From Opitutales bacterium (lineage in GTDB: Bacteria > Verrucomicrobiota > Verrucomicrobiia > Opitutales > PNEW01), in the NCBI GenBank assembly GCA_965197745.1, contig CBDANS010000007.1, forward strand, positions 2,078,215 to 2,142,214: a stretch of 64,000 nucleotides of DNA, given 5' to 3'. A program made the translations under genes and the position numbers. The notes under the pieces were generated by a model. It was not told the DNA's origin. It saw nothing but the letters and a program-made list of their open reading frames with translations, and ran no database searches. Positions 63,571 through 64,000 of this stretch are shown here, in pieces (the stretch's first letter is position 1; every line of letters begins with the position of its first letter).

Positions 63571-64000
63571 ATGAATGAAAAGAATTCAAAAATGTGGGCT
63601 CCTGATTTTCCGATATCGCCCGCTCGCTTCTCCTTTTTTTATGGGTGGATTATTATGGGTGCAGGAACTCTTGTCTTTATTGCATCCATGCCCGGTCAGA
63701 CTTCTGGAGTCAGTGTTTTTATTGAATACCTGATAATTAATCTCAATTTGAGCCGCGTCCAGTTAAGCCTGGCATACTCTTTGGGCACCTTGTTTGCAGG
63801 TTTACTCCTACCCTGGACGGGCAGACTTTACGATCGGTACGGGGCAAGAAAATGTACCGTTATCGCATCCGTAGGGATGGGGCTGACACTAATATTATTA
63901 AGTCAATCGGATCGTTTTGCGGAGCTTATCAGTTTTGATTTAATACACTTTAACCGCGGGATTGCTGCCTTCTTTACGATCTTCACTGGTTTCTTTTTAA
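63571..64000 (+). CDS. MFS transporter, 3'-truncated by the window edge
   Basis: Translated by hand: FFYGWIIMGAG...SMPGQTSGVSVF...GRLYDRYGAR. Confidence 0.88.
   Translation, partial: MNEKNSKMWAPDFPISPARFSFFYGWIIMGAGTLVFIASMPGQTSGVSVFIEYLIINLNLSRVQLSLAYSLGTLFAGLLLPWTGRLYDRYGARKCTVIASVGMGLTLILLSQSDRFAELISFDLIHFNRGIAAFFTIFTGFFL

Overview
Bacterial chromosomal window, most likely Verrucomicrobiota (Opitutia-like). This is inferred from the lineage-typical DPxAAxxW-repeat protein, a DUF4032-like protein, a PTS-EIIA/diadenylate cyclase fusion and a Lys/Ala histone-like protein. Roughly 1-19 kb is an accessory oxidative-catabolism region with six intact PhyH-type Fe(II)/2-oxoglutarate dioxygenase genes, three of them tandem PhyH-HEAT-repeat paralogs, plus one PhyH pseudogene. 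It also holds an aldo/keto reductase, a Baeyer-Villiger-type monooxygenase, a Zn-dehydrogenase, an aldolase, a secreted beta-propeller protein with an Ig-like insert, and an AT-rich TPR-sulfotransferase. Roughly 19-64 kb is mostly housekeeping (ugd, tolB, mrp, probable 6S RNA, dnaG-rpoD-tatA, mgtE, ispA, uvrA, icd, secG, parB, fmt, der). It is interrupted by two fully delimited IS elements: a passenger-carrying IS1595 (29788-31419) whose two terminal repeats each form an inward sigma70 promoter, and a degraded IS3/IS407-like element (56181-57498). Several REP-like elements and short 'TCGCTTCGCTC' micro-insertions are also present. No rRNA, intact tRNA or CRISPR array was seen. All family assignments come from motif recognition by eye, not database searches.
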